A program made the position numbers and the translations under genes. Below the pieces are notes generated by a model. The model was given only the letters and a program-made list of their open reading frames with translations, searched no databases and was not told the DNA's origin. From Actinomycetota bacterium (GTDB lineage: Bacteria > Actinomycetota > Acidimicrobiia > Acidimicrobiales > Poriferisodalaceae), in NCBI GenBank assembly GCA_039197885.1, contig JBCCTY010000001.1, forward strand, positions 1,088 through 65,087: a DNA stretch of 64,000 nt, written 5' to 3'. Every line of letters begins with the position of its first letter. Within the stretch, counting starts at the first letter, position 1. Below are positions 1-11,245 of the stretch, in pieces.

Positions 1-25
1 AGCTCGATCGTGAGGGGTTCGCATC

Positions 26-1708
26 ATGAGCGTCGTGACGCCCACACAGCTCAGCCTGCCCGGCTTCGAGGCGGCGAAGCAGCGCTGGGAGGACGCCTAC
101 GAGCGGCAACTGCCGATGGAGCGTGCGATCCGGAACCGATCGGGCATCGAGATCAAGCCCCTGTACGGCCCGGACGACTGGGACGGCTCCGGCTACGTGG
201 AGCGGCTCGGCTTCCCGGGTGAGGCGCCGTTCACCCGAGGCATCTATCCGACCATGTACCGGGGGCGTACCTGGACGCAGCGTCAGCTGATCGGACTCGG
301 GACGCCCGCCGACTACAACGAGCGCGTCCGGACCCTGTTGGCCCACGGCGCCACGGCCATCTCCTTGCTGCCGTGCAACTCGGGCTTCCGAGGCATCGAC
401 TGCGACGAGGTGCCGCTGCCGCTCCTCGGCACCTGCGGGACGGTCGTCAACCACGTGGACGACATGGACGTCGCGTTGGGTGGCGTGCCGCTCAGCGAGA
501 TCTCGACCGCGATGAACGACCCGACGCCCTTCACGCTCCTCGCCTTCGTGCTCGGTGTCGCCAAGCGGCGGGGGGTGCCCTTCGACCGGATCACCGGCAC
601 CTCGAACCAGTCGGACTACATCTCGCACTACGTCGCGAACCACATGTTCTACCGGCTGTCCCAGGCGGGTTCCCGGCGGCTGCTCGTCGACCACGTCGAG
701 TACTGCACGGACGTCGTGCCGAACTGGAACCCGGTCTCGGTGGTCGGTCAGCACATGCAGCAGGCCGGTGCGACACCGGCGGAGACCATGGGGTTCACGC
801 TGTCGACCGCGATCCAGTACGCGGAGGACTGCCGGGCGCGAGGGATGGACGCCGACGAGGTGCTGCCCCGCTTCACCTTCTTCTTCGACATCTCGATCTC
901 GCTCTTCGAGGAGGTGGCCAAGTTCCGGGCCGGTCGACGCATCTGGGCCCGCGTCGCGAAGGAGCGGCTCGGTGCGAAGGAACCCCGCTCGTGGCGCTTC
1001 AAGTTCCACGGGCAGACGAGCGGAGTCGACCTCACCGCCCAGCAGCCGCTCAACAACATCGCCCGGGTCGCGGTCCAGGCCGTGGGCGGCATCCTCGGTG
1101 GGCTGCAGTCGATGCACACCGACGCATACGACGAGGCCATCACCTGCCCCACGGAGGAGACGGCCCGGATCGCGGTCGCCACGCAGAACATCCTCCGGGA
1201 GGAGGCCCACCTCTGCGACGTGATCGACCCGCTCGGCGGCTCCTACTACGTCGAGCACCTCACCGATCAGATGGAGGCCGAGATCCTCGCCGTGATGGAC
1301 CGGATCGACGCCGCCGGCGGCATGTACGAGGCGGTCGGCTCCGGCATGGTCCAGGAGATGATCGGGCGCTCAGCGATGGCCGCGCAGGAGCGGATCGACG
1401 ACGGCGAGGAGCGGGTCGTCGGCGTCAACTGCTACGAGCACGACGACGACGGCACGGCGCCGTCGCCGGTGCGGCCGGACCCCGACGTGATGCGCGCCCA
1501 CGTCGAGGCGTTCGTCGCTGCCAAGGAGGCACGCGGCGCGGCGGACGTCGATCGGGCGGTCACGGCCCTCCGCCGAGCCGCTCAGAGCGAGGACGAGAAC
1601 GTGTTCGCCCGCGTCGTCGATGCCGCCGAGGCCGGCGTGACCCACGGCGAGATCGTCGCGGCGCTCCGGGACGAGCTCGGCTTCGGCGACCCCCTGGTGG
1701 TCGCGTGA
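26..1708 (+). CDS. acyl-CoA mutase large (catalytic) subunit, methylmalonyl-CoA mutase family; no B12-binding domain in this ORF
   Basis: 560-aa ORF with the MCM-family N-terminal signature [25 protein letters not shown]. Its stop overlaps the meaB start (GTGA at 1705-1708). Confidence 0.85.
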   Translation: MSVVTPTQLSLPGFEAAKQRWEDAYERQLPMERAIRNRSGIEIKPLYGPDDWDGSGYVERLGFPGEAPFTRGIYPTMYRGRTWTQRQLIGLGTPADYNERVRTLLAHGATAISLLPCNSGFRGIDCDEVPLPLLGTCGTVVNHVDDMDVALGGVPLSEISTAMNDPTPFTLLAFVLGVAKRRGVPFDRITGTSNQSDYISHYVANHMFYRLSQAGSRRLLVDHVEYCTDVVPNWNPVSVVGQHMQQAGATPAETMGFTLSTAIQYAEDCRARGMDADEVLPRFTFFFDISISLFEEVAKFRAGRRIWARVAKERLGAKEPRSWRFKFHGQTSGVDLTAQQPLNNIARVAVQAVGGILGGLQSMHTDAYDEAITCPTEETARIAVATQNILREEAHLCDVIDPLGGSYYVEHLTDQMEAEILAVMDRIDAAGGMYEAVGSGMVQEMIGRSAMAAQERIDDGEERVVGVNCYEHDDDGTAPSPVRPDPDVMRAHVEAFVAAKEARGAADVDRAVTALRRAAQSEDENVFARVVDAAEAGVTHGEIVAALRDELGFGDPLVVA

Positions 1709-2679
1709 CGGGCACCGGCACCGGTGCCGTCGAGACGGCCGCGCGGTCTCCGTTCGATCGGCTTCGATGTGGCGACCGGACGATGGTTGCCCGGGCGCTC
1801 TCGGCACTGGAGGCGGGAGGGGCGGAGGCGGACGCGCTCCGCCGTCGACTCCACTCGCTCGTCGGCTCGGCACGGGTGGTCGGCTTCGCCGGCCCGCCGG
1901 GCGTGGGGAAGTCCACCCTCGTCGACGCCTACGTCGCGAGGTTGCGGTCCGCCGGCCGGACGGTCGCCGTCCTGGCCGTCGACCCGTCCAGCCCGGTCTC
2001 CGGCGGCGCGATCCTCGGCGATCGCATCCGGATGGGCCGACACACCGGCGATCCCGGCGTCTTCGTGCGCTCCGTCGCCGCCCGAGGCCATCTCGGTGGC
2101 CTCTCGCTCGCGGTCCCGTCGATGCTCGACGTCCTCGACGCCGCCGGCTTCGACGACGTCGTGCTCGAGGCCGTCGGTGCCGGTCAGTCCGAGGTCGAGA
2201 TCAGCCGGTTCACCGACACGACGGTCGTGCTCATCGCGCCCGGCCTCGGTGACGAGGTGCAGGCGAGCAAGGCGGGCCTGCTCGAGGTGGCCGATGTGCT
2301 CGTGGTCAACCGGGCCGATCAACCGCTCGCCGCCGAGACGGCTCGCCGGTTGGAGTCCGTGCTCGAGTTGCGCTCCACCGGTCGCCCGACACCATCGGTG
2401 CTCCTCACCACCGCGATCGACGACGGCGGCGTGGCCGCCCTCGCCGACGCGATCGACGCCACTCACCTCGCCGCCGGCGTCGCATCGGACGGACCCCGGC
2501 GACGGGCGACCGAGTCGTTGCGCCAGACGGCCATCGCCGAGCTGGCTCGGCGGGTGGTCGACGACGAGGCACTCGCACGACTCGGGGGTCAACTCCACCG
2601 CGGCGAGCGCACCCTCGGCGACGCCGTCGACGAGGTGATCGAGCGGGCGTCCCGCCCGAGGGGAGGAGCCCGCCGGTGA
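1705..2679 (+). CDS. meaB: methylmalonyl-CoA mutase-associated GTPase MeaB/ArgK
   Basis: P-loop [27 protein letters not shown] and a VNRAD G4-like motif. It is the downstream part of the 373..2679 frame. GTG 1705 overlaps the mutase stop. Confidence 0.88.
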   Translation: MTGTGTGAVETAARSPFDRLRCGDRTMVARALSALEAGGAEADALRRRLHSLVGSARVVGFAGPPGVGKSTLVDAYVARLRSAGRTVAVLAVDPSSPVSGGAILGDRIRMGRHTGDPGVFVRSVAARGHLGGLSLAVPSMLDVLDAAGFDDVVLEAVGAGQSEVEISRFTDTTVVLIAPGLGDEVQASKAGLLEVADVLVVNRADQPLAAETARRLESVLELRSTGRPTPSVLLTTAIDDGGVAALADAIDATHLAAGVASDGPRRRATESLRQTAIAELARRVVDDEALARLGGQLHRGERTLGDAVDEVIERASRPRGGARR

Positions 2680-3875
2680 CCGGCCCCACACCTCACGAGA
2701 TCGTGCTCTGCGGCGGCAGGCGCACCCCCTTCGGAGACTTCGGGAGATCCCTGAAGGACGTGACCGGGACCGATCTCGGCGTCCACGCCGCGGTCGCCAC
2801 GCTCGACGAGGCCGGCCTCGACCCTGGCGAGGTCGACCACCTCGTGTGCGGCAACGTGATGCCGGTCGACCAGGGGGGCTACTTCGCCAGTCGGGTCATC
2901 GGCCTCGGTGCCGGGCTGGCTGAGGAGTCGTGTGCGCTCGACGTGTCGCGAGCGTGCGGGTCCGGCACGCAGGCGATCGTGAGCGCGGCCCAGCAGATCA
3001 TGACCGGCCACTCCACGGTGGCCCTCGCCGGTGGCTACGAGAACGCCTCCCGAGCGCCGTACGCGCTGGTCGATGCTCGTTGGGGCATGCGGCGGGGTCA
3101 CGGTCAGGTCGTCGACACGATCGACTACGGCTACCGCGATCCCTTCGACCTCGCCCTCATGGGTGAGACGGCCGAGAACCTGGCGGATGACTTCGGCTAC
3201 GACCGCGCCGACATGGACCTCTACGCGCTCGAGAGCCAGCAGCGAGCGGCCGAGGCCATCGAGAGCGGCTTCCTCGCCGAGCAGATCGCCCCCCTCGACG
3301 TCCCCGCCGGTCGCGACGGCTGGCGCCGTTTCGAGGTCGACGAGTTCCCGCGTCCGAACACGACGCTCGAGGCGCTCCACTCGTTGCGGCCGGTCTTCCG
3401 CCGAGGCGGTCGCGTCACGGCCGGCAACTCCAGCGGCATGACCGACGGTGCCGCCTTCGTCGTGGTCGCCCGGCGCGATCGCGCCGAGGAGCTCGGGCTC
3501 GCTCCGCGGGTGAGGATCGTCGATTGGCAGGTCGTCGGCGTGTCGCCCCGGATCATGGGTTGTGGGCCGGTGCCGGCGATCGGTCGGCTCCTCGATCGCC
3601 GTGGCATGCGGATCGGCGAGGTCGACTACTTCGAGATCAACGAGGCGTTCGCCGTCGTCAACCTCCATGCCGAACGAGAGCTGGGCGTGTCCCGAGCGTC
3701 CTGCAACCTCTACGGCGGCGGGATCTCGATCGGCCATCCGCCCGGCGCGACGGGTGTCCGGATGTCCCTGACGGCGATGCGTCACCTCGAGCTCACCGGT
3801 GAGCGCACGGCGATCGTGTCGATGTGCCTCGGAGCCGGCCAGGGGATGGCGCTCCTGCTCGAGCGGCTCGACTGA
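2676..3875 (+). CDS. acetyl-CoA C-acetyltransferase (thiolase)
   Basis: 399 aa with active-site Cys context SRACGSGTQAI, NEAFA, and GGGISIGHPPGATG near the C-terminus. 4-nt overlap with meaB. Confidence 0.9.
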   Translation: MTGPTPHEIVLCGGRRTPFGDFGRSLKDVTGTDLGVHAAVATLDEAGLDPGEVDHLVCGNVMPVDQGGYFASRVIGLGAGLAEESCALDVSRACGSGTQAIVSAAQQIMTGHSTVALAGGYENASRAPYALVDARWGMRRGHGQVVDTIDYGYRDPFDLALMGETAENLADDFGYDRADMDLYALESQQRAAEAIESGFLAEQIAPLDVPAGRDGWRRFEVDEFPRPNTTLEALHSLRPVFRRGGRVTAGNSSGMTDGAAFVVVARRDRAEELGLAPRVRIVDWQVVGVSPRIMGCGPVPAIGRLLDRRGMRIGEVDYFEINEAFAVVNLHAERELGVSRASCNLYGGGISIGHPPGATGVRMSLTAMRHLELTGERTAIVSMCLGAGQGMALLLERLD

Positions 3876-3904
3876 CCGACCCGACGACCACGAGAGGGGC
3901 CCCG

Positions 3905-4336
3905 ATGCCCGCCATGACCGATGCGCAGATCGAGGAGTTCCTGGAGCCGACCCGCCAGGGCATCCTGCTGCGTACCACCCGCGACGGCACAGCGACCGGC
4001 GCGCCGGTGTGGTTCGACTGGGACGGCGTCGCGGTCCGCTGCTTCTCCGATGCGTCGGCGCCGAAGGTCCGATCCATCGGCCGCGATCCACGGATCAGCC
4101 TGCTCGTCGTCAACGAGCTCGACGAGGCACCGGCGTGGGTCCGCTTCGACGGGGCGGCGGTGCTCGACCACGATGGCGACGTGAACCGGTTCGCCGCCGA
4201 CGTGCTCGCGCCCCGCTACTGGGACCTCTCGAAGCCCGAGCTCGCCGCGACGGTCGATGCGTGGCGGGCGGCTCCGCCAGGGGCGCTGGTCATGATCGAG
4301 CTCCGACCGGAACGCATCCGATCCAGCACCGGTTGA
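3905..4336 (+). CDS. pyridoxamine 5'-phosphate oxidase-like (PPOX/F420-type split-barrel) family protein
   Basis: 143 aa from ATG 3905, with the typical N-terminus MTDAQIEEFL..GILLRTTRDG..PVWF. The family call is by resemblance only. Confidence 0.55.
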   Translation: MPAMTDAQIEEFLEPTRQGILLRTTRDGTATGAPVWFDWDGVAVRCFSDASAPKVRSIGRDPRISLLVVNELDEAPAWVRFDGAAVLDHDGDVNRFAADVLAPRYWDLSKPELAATVDAWRAAPPGALVMIELRPERIRSSTG

Positions 4337-4348
4337 CCAGCGGAGATC

Positions 4349-4362
4349 GACCGGTGCCGGTC
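4349..4362. promoter_or_regulatory. inverted repeat GACCGG-TG-CCGGTC upstream of the TetR gene (candidate operator)
   Basis: 6-2-6 palindrome 46 nt upstream of the TetR start, with a third GACCGG copy at 4366-4371. Confidence 0.3.
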
Positions 4363-4407
4363 CGCGACCGGCGACACTGGTGGGCGGTCGTCGACGTCGT
4401 CGGAGGT

Positions 4408-4977
4408 GTGGTGCCCCGTCCCACCCGTGAGAACAACCGGAGCCGGCAGCTGCTCGACGCAGCCGCCGAGCTCTTCGCGGAGCGCGGCTACACCGCCACG
4501 ACGGTCCGTGACGTCACGGGTGCGGTCGGGATGGGCCCGGGGTCGTCCTACTACCACTTCCGGACCAAGGCCGACCTGCTGCTCGCCGTCTACCAACGGG
4601 GCGTCGCCGAGGTCGACGCATCGGTCGATCGCTGCCTCGGTGAGGCGTCGGACGATCCCTGGGACCGGATCGAGGCGGCGACCGTCGGACACATCGAGGC
4701 GGTGCTCGCTCCGTCGCCGTACGCGAGGGTGATCGTGAGCGTCCTGCCCGAGAACGTCCCCGAGCTGGTCGACGAGCTCCGGGACGCCCGCGAGGGATAC
4801 GAGGATCGCTGGCGCGGCCTGATCGGTGATCTCGACCTGCCCGTGGACGCCACCGTCTTCCGACTCCTCGTGCTGGGAGCCGCCAACTCGACCCAGCTCT
4901 GGTACCGCGAGGGGCGCCGATCGCCGTCGGAGATCGCTCGGACCCTGGTGGCGATCGCCCGCGACCCGATGGTCTGA
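4408..4977 (+). CDS. TetR/AcrR family transcriptional regulator
   Basis: N-terminal HTH RSRQLLDAAAELFAERGYTATTVRDVTGAVGMGPGSSYYHFRTKADLL. The start is GTG 4408 or 4411, after GGAGG. Confidence 0.85.
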   Translation: MVPRPTRENNRSRQLLDAAAELFAERGYTATTVRDVTGAVGMGPGSSYYHFRTKADLLLAVYQRGVAEVDASVDRCLGEASDDPWDRIEAATVGHIEAVLAPSPYARVIVSVLPENVPELVDELRDAREGYEDRWRGLIGDLDLPVDATVFRLLVLGAANSTQLWYREGRRSPSEIARTLVAIARDPMV

Positions 4978-5005
4978 CGCCGCCAAGCGAGGGTGGCGCG
5001 ACGCG

Positions 5006-5266
5006 TCAGTCCTGGGGCGGGTCGCCGTAGGGCGCGCCGGCCTCGTCGTAGCACTGCTCGTGGTAGTGCTCGACGCGGTCCCAGCGGTTCTTGACGTAGA
5101 CGTTGCAGATCACCTGGTACGCCCGGATGCGGGCCCGGAACTTGATGGGCTCGCCGCAGTGGGCGCAGTAGGCGGAGTTGCCCGCATCGATCAGGCGGAT
5201 GACCGCCCGACTCTTCCACTGCTGTCGCTTGGCGGTCGTCGCTTTGGTGGTCTTCGCTGCAGGCAT
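5006..5266 (-). CDS. small conserved hypothetical protein with CxxC...C motif, Lys/Thr-rich N-terminus
   Basis: ORF 5006..5341, with the internal ATG at 5266 (MPAAKTTK...) preferred. High GC3. Confidence 0.45.
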   Translation of the reverse strand: MPAAKTTKATTAKRQQWKSRAVIRLIDAGNSAYCAHCGEPIKFRARIRAYQVICNVYVKNRWDRVEHYHEQCYDEAGAPYGDPPQD

Positions 5267-5451
5267 CGCGGCTCCTGTCGTCCGTTGGCCTCTCGGCTGA
5301 AGCCGTACGACGAGGATCGCCCCACCGACTCCACGGAGCACACTAGTCGCGAGTTCGCAAGGCGTGGGGGACGTTTCACTCTCAGCGGTATCCCTCGGCC
5401 ATCTGATCTCTCAGGGTGGTGTCAAGGAGACGCTACGTCGATGTGTCACCG

Positions 5452-7134
<1,683 letters not shown>

Positions 7135-7225
7135 GTGAGGCCCTCCGTTTCCTCGACGAGGGTACGGACTTCATCGCCCGGCACGCGCTCCCTTGGGCAG
7201 TCGCTACCTAGCGTGACCTGAACCG

Positions 7226-8179
7226 TTGGACATCACGGAAGGTGACGGGCATTCTGACCGTCCCTCGCAACGGGCCACCGCCTCGGAAGGCGCTCAGGTG
7301 GGACGCGGCCCGAACACCTCAACGACGATCCGCCGCTACGTGAAGGAGCGGGATCGGCTCTCCTGGGCGGAGAGCACCTCGAAGACCTCCCGGTGGGTGC
7401 TCCACGACTTCCAGCGCGCTGCGCCGAAGCGAGTCACCGAGGTCCGCCCGAAGCACGTGTCCAAGTGGCTGCGGAGCAGACGCAACGGCCGCATCCCGAA
7501 GGACACCACCCTCCGTACCCGGCTCTCGATCGTGCGAGCCTGGGGCGACTGGCTCATCGACCAGCGCATCGTGAAGGCCAACCCGACCGCCGGTCTCACC
7601 ATCCGGGCCGAACGGCCGGCGATCCCCCGGGCGATCCCCGCAGACGCCGTCCCTCGCCTCCTGGAGGCGTGCCCCGACGAACGAGCACGAGCCATCGTAC
7701 TGCTCTCTCTTCACCTCGGGCTGCGGCGCGCCGAGCTCGCCGGTCTCCGCATCGGCGACATCGACATCGGCCGCCGGCAGCTCGTGATCCGCGGGAAGGG
7801 CGGGTGGACCGACGTGATGCCGGTCCCCGAGGAGGCATGGATCGCGCTCATCAGCTACCTCGCCGAGCATCCGGCCTCGAGCGGGCCGCTGTTCCGGTCC
7901 TTCGTCACCGATGAGGCGCTCAAGCCGGCGTGGATCTACCGCATCACCGCGACCGCGCTCTATGACTCCGGGATCAAGACCGGCCCGCACGACGGCATGT
8001 CGTTGCACTCGCTCCGCCACCGCATGGTCCTCGACGTCCTGGAGCGCACGAAGGACCCGCAACGGGCCCGGCTCGCGTCTCGGCATCGGTCGTGGGCCGG
8101 GTTCCAGGCGTACACGAACGTGACCCTACGAACCGACGACCTGACCGAGATCCTGGATGGTCGCCGCTACCGGCCGTGA
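7226..8179 (+). CDS. tyrosine recombinase / phage integrase
   Basis: C-terminal catalytic region LGLRRAELAGLRIGDID, HSLRHRMVLDVL, and a Tyr near the end (FQAYTNV). The ORF opens with TTG at 7226, so the true start may lie downstream. Confidence 0.85.
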   Translation: MDITEGDGHSDRPSQRATASEGAQVGRGPNTSTTIRRYVKERDRLSWAESTSKTSRWVLHDFQRAAPKRVTEVRPKHVSKWLRSRRNGRIPKDTTLRTRLSIVRAWGDWLIDQRIVKANPTAGLTIRAERPAIPRAIPADAVPRLLEACPDERARAIVLLSLHLGLRRAELAGLRIGDIDIGRRQLVIRGKGGWTDVMPVPEEAWIALISYLAEHPASSGPLFRSFVTDEALKPAWIYRITATALYDSGIKTGPHDGMSLHSLRHRMVLDVLERTKDPQRARLASRHRSWAGFQAYTNVTLRTDDLTEILDGRRYRP

Positions 8180-8218
8180 GGAGGGGACGCGGCGACTGAC
8201 CCGTGCGACGATGAGTGC

Positions 8219-8282
8219 GGCCCCTGGGCCGTCGTCAGTCGGATCCTCGCAACAGGCCACCGTCTGCCGGGGCCCAGGGGCC
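8219..8282. terminator. 12-bp perfect inverted repeat (GGCCCCTGGGCC / GGCCCAGGGGCC) between convergent int and the FtsK-operon end
   Basis: Arms at 8219-8230 and 8271-8282 with a 40-nt spacer. Each arm is itself self-complementary. Confidence 0.4.
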
Positions 8283-8397
8283 ACTCGGAGGGACGGCCTC
8301 CGCCTGTTGTTTCCCGCCCGCCCGAGCTATCGCGAGCGTGTCATGCGAACCTGTGAGCAGGCAGTTTCGGTGCGCGGAGAGTGGTCAGCAGGGACTG

Positions 8398-8793
8398 CTA
8401 TGCCCAGCACCACTCCGACTCTGACCAGGGCGCACGGCCGAGCTCGGACCGGAGGCCCTCGGTGACGAGCACCTGGACGTCGACGTCGGTGTAGAACTCG
8501 GCGAGGGTGGCGCCGTCGCCGTGGCGGGCGACCCGGTCGGCGAGGTACCGCTCGGCGTGCTGGGCGAGCCCGACGTGGCTGCCGTTGCGAGCGTCGGGAT
8601 CGAAGGCCGATTCGCAGGCCATCATCCGCAGCGTCCAGCCCTGGTGCAGGAGCGGCACGTGGCGGTGCACGGCGTCGGCGACGTCGTCGGGCACCTGGTG
8701 GGTGCCGTTGGCGACGGCCACCGTGTCGGGCACGAGACCGACGGTGTGGAGGTACACGGCTGCGGCTGCGACCACGACGAGCAGGACGCGCAT
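8398..8793 (-). CDS. membrane-anchored lysozyme-like / transglycosylase (SLT/Rpf-like) protein
   Basis: N-terminal hydrophobic segment MRVLLVVVAAAAVYL and the motif CESAFDPDARNGSHVGLAQH (CES...GL.Q). The ATG at 8793 shares a base with the upstream stop. Confidence 0.6.
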   Translation of the reverse strand: MRVLLVVVAAAAVYLHTVGLVPDTVAVANGTHQVPDDVADAVHRHVPLLHQGWTLRMMACESAFDPDARNGSHVGLAQHAERYLADRVARHGDGATLAEFYTDVDVQVLVTEGLRSELGRAPWSESEWCWA

Positions 8794-10475
8794 CAGGCCG
8801 CTCGGCGGCCGTGGTGCTTCCCGGCGCACGATCGGCACATCGGCGCGAGGTTGGATGGCTCGAGGTTCGCGCGGTCACCGTCGACCGGAACGACGATCAC
8901 CTGCCGGTCGGCGCGGTTCGACCAGTCGAGCTGCTTGCCGCATCGGTCGCCAACGCAGCGCGGGTGTTCGCCGGCGAGGCTCGTCCAGAGCGCGAGCGCT
9001 GTCGAGGCGACGGTGCCGTCTCGCTTCCGGGCGAGTGGATGATCAGGTAGGTGCACGCGTGCGGGCGGCTCATCCCGCTGCGGGGTGACGCTCTGAGAGG
9101 CCGTCTCCGGGTCGTTGGGCACCTGACCCCGCAACCAGTGCTCGATCTCGTCGCTGAGGGGTGTCTCCGTCGCTGTCGCCGAATCCTGAGGGGGGTGAGT
9201 GAGGTAGGGGGTGGGGCCCTCGGTCTCTGTGGGTCGAAACGGGGGGGTGTGGCCGGTTCCACCCCCCTCCGGTCCACCCCCCTCGCGGGGATCGGGCATG
9301 GCGCGTCGTGGTGCGTACCGCTCGACGACGCTCGGGATCTGGTCGTCAGGAAGCCATGCGTACTGGACTCGTTGGGGCACGCTCATCCCGGCGGAGATCA
9401 TGAACGCCTGGCCGCTGTTGATGGGCAGCAAGTGCGCAGGGGTCTGGTCCGCAAACGAGCCCATCACCACCTCGACGTCGCTGCGCTGGGAGAGGTGCCC
9501 GCAGGACCGGGCAGCGAAGTTCGCACGGATCTCGGTGTCGACCGAGCGATGCCCGGTGGTCTGGGTGGAGGCCACGACCATGACCCCGTCCTTGCGATGC
9601 TCCTTCACGAGCTTCCAGACGAGTCGCGCTGCTGCCTTGTTCGTTAGGACCTGGTGGAGCTCGTCGATGAACACGACGATCGGGGCCGGTCGGCCCTGGA
9701 GGTCACGGCACTGGTACAGGCTGGACCGGCGGTGCGACCGGATCCATCTGCGGTTCGCCTCGGCGTGTTCGACGACTTGCCGGAGCACGCTGGCCCAGTC
9801 CTTGGACTCGAGGGCACAGCCGGTGAAGACCTGTCGGTCGCCGAGCTCCTCTGCTGCGTCAAGCCATCGGGCAGCGTCGACCTCGCCTGGGTCGATGAGG
9901 TACATGTGCACGCCACCACGTGCCAGGTAGCCAGCCATCATGATCGTGGTGAGAGCGGTCTTGCCGGCACCGGTGAGGCCAGCGATGAGGACGTGCGGGG
10001 CGGGTTCTCGTTCGCCTGGGACGGCTTGGACGAGGGTCTTGCCGTTCATGGTCTGGCCGAGCCAGATGTAGGGCGTGTCGCGGTCGCCGGTCGGGGTCCA
10101 GAGCAGAGGTCCGGTGGGTCGTGCTCGGAGATCGATCGCGAGGCGTCCCCGTCGGGAGCCGAGGCCGTTGTCGGCGAGGACCTCGATGTGGGTGGCTTCG
10201 AGGTCCTCGGCCAGACCGGCGGCGACCTTCGCGATGTCTTCGATCTGGCCGCCCATGGGGCACTGCACCGCGAAGATGTAGAGGCCGTCTCGGACGAGCT
10301 CGGGCGCGCCGAGACTGGGCCACTCCTCTCGCTTCGTTTCTCCGATGCCGACCTTGCGGACCAGGCCCCTGGCGGCGCAGGCCTCGTCCCACAGCTCCGC
10401 TACTTGGGTCGGGGTGTAGGAGGCGCGGTCCGAGGGGAGTGATGTGAGGCGCTGCCAGGCGCTGCGGATCCCCAT
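8793..10475 (-). CDS. FtsK/SpoIIIE/TraB-type P-loop DNA translocase with C-terminal degenerate HNH/zinc-finger module
   Basis: Walker A GLTGAGKT, Walker B VVFIDELH and a Pro/Gly/Thr linker. The C-terminus reads C-x4-C ... NLAPMCRSCAGKHH, which is HNH-like but lacks the first DH. Confidence 0.8.
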   Translation of the reverse strand: MGIRSAWQRLTSLPSDRASYTPTQVAELWDEACAARGLVRKVGIGETKREEWPSLGAPELVRDGLYIFAVQCPMGGQIEDIAKVAAGLAEDLEATHIEVLADNGLGSRRGRLAIDLRARPTGPLLWTPTGDRDTPYIWLGQTMNGKTLVQAVPGEREPAPHVLIAGLTGAGKTALTTIMMAGYLARGGVHMYLIDPGEVDAARWLDAAEELGDRQVFTGCALESKDWASVLRQVVEHAEANRRWIRSHRRSSLYQCRDLQGRPAPIVVFIDELHQVLTNKAAARLVWKLVKEHRKDGVMVVASTQTTGHRSVDTEIRANFAARSCGHLSQRSDVEVVMGSFADQTPAHLLPINSGQAFMISAGMSVPQRVQYAWLPDDQIPSVVERYAPRRAMPDPREGGGPEGGGTGHTPPFRPTETEGPTPYLTHPPQDSATATETPLSDEIEHWLRGQVPNDPETASQSVTPQRDEPPARVHLPDHPLARKRDGTVASTALALWTSLAGEHPRCVGDRCGKQLDWSNRADRQVIVVPVDGDRANLEPSNLAPMCRSCAGKHHGRRAA

Positions 10476-10476
10476 C

Positions 10477-11244
10477 TCAGATCTTGATCATCTTGGTGGC
10501 GGTCCACGGGGTGAGGACCGCTGCGGCGATGATCAGCACGGCCTTGGATGCGACAAGGATCGCCATGGAGGTGCCGCCCATCCCGACGATCCAGAGTGGC
10601 GCGATGGGGAGCTGCAGGAGGAACGTGCCGCGGCCGTAGGCGAGGATGAACCCGGTGAGGAGCAGGTAGACGGTCTGGGTGAACACGGCGAACGCCATGG
10701 CTTGAGCCAGGAAGTCGAGCTTCTCGCCCTGCTTGCGGAGGCGCCATCCGACGCTGAGCACGGACCACATGATGACGACGAACACCAGCACGCTCGAGCT
10801 GATGAATGCTCGGTCAGGCAGGTAGATGGTCCAGGCCACGAAGCCGCAGAGCGTCATGCCGGTGAAGAACCATCGGCGTGCCGGGCCCCGTCCGTGGCGG
10901 GACCAGCTGACGAAGGTGACGGTCAGGGTGAAGGCGAAGAAGCTGATGAGGCCGATGACCCAGACGGTCGGCACCTCGCCTGGCTGACGTCGGAGCGGGT
11001 GGGTCCAGTTGTCCCCGGCGAGGGTCAGGTTGTAGTTGCCGATCTGGAGGTCTTCGCCGGCGAGGTCGAGGAGGATCCACCAGAGGTGGCAGGAGCTGTA
11101 GACCCAGGCCGCAGCGAACAGCGCGACCCTCGGGGAGAGGTTTCCGAAGAGGCCCCGCCAGAGCGCGCCCGGGGTCGCCGGGCGGCGCTTGGGTTCTGGT
11201 CGTTCCCGGGTCTCGACGGTCTCAGTGACGTCGAGGATCTCCAT
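10477..11244 (-). CDS. polytopic integral membrane protein (at least 6 hydrophobic segments)
   Basis: 255 aa, Trp/Phe-rich hydrophobic stretches. 1-nt gaps to both neighbouring genes. Confidence 0.7.
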   Translation of the reverse strand: MEILDVTETVETRERPEPKRRPATPGALWRGLFGNLSPRVALFAAAWVYSSCHLWWILLDLAGEDLQIGNYNLTLAGDNWTHPLRRQPGEVPTVWVIGLISFFAFTLTVTFVSWSRHGRGPARRWFFTGMTLCGFVAWTIYLPDRAFISSSVLVFVVIMWSVLSVGWRLRKQGEKLDFLAQAMAFAVFTQTVYLLLTGFILAYGRGTFLLQLPIAPLWIVGMGGTSMAILVASKAVLIIAAAVLTPWTATKMIKI

Positions 11245-11245
11245 G

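Noticed and set aside
373-2679. 768-aa ORF spanning the mutase gene and meaB
   Set aside because: Its first ~440 aa are an out-of-frame Arg/Gly/Pro-rich shadow of the mutase gene. Only the part from GTG 1705 carries MeaB motifs.
7175-7191. Candidate att core CGCCCGGCACGCGCTCC, matching CGCCCGGTACGCTCC at 51151-51165
   Set aside because: The match is imperfect, with one substitution and a 2-nt indel, and it is short and GC-rich, so chance similarity is likely. It also falls within possible kgd N-terminal coding sequence. It is kept only as a hint inside the prophage finding.
9190-9247. Cluster of G-runs (G6, G5, G4, G3, G7) with G-quadruplex potential on the plus strand
   Set aside because: It is explained by the Pro/Gly-rich linker codons of the FtsK-like gene on the opposite strand. 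There is no independent evidence of function.
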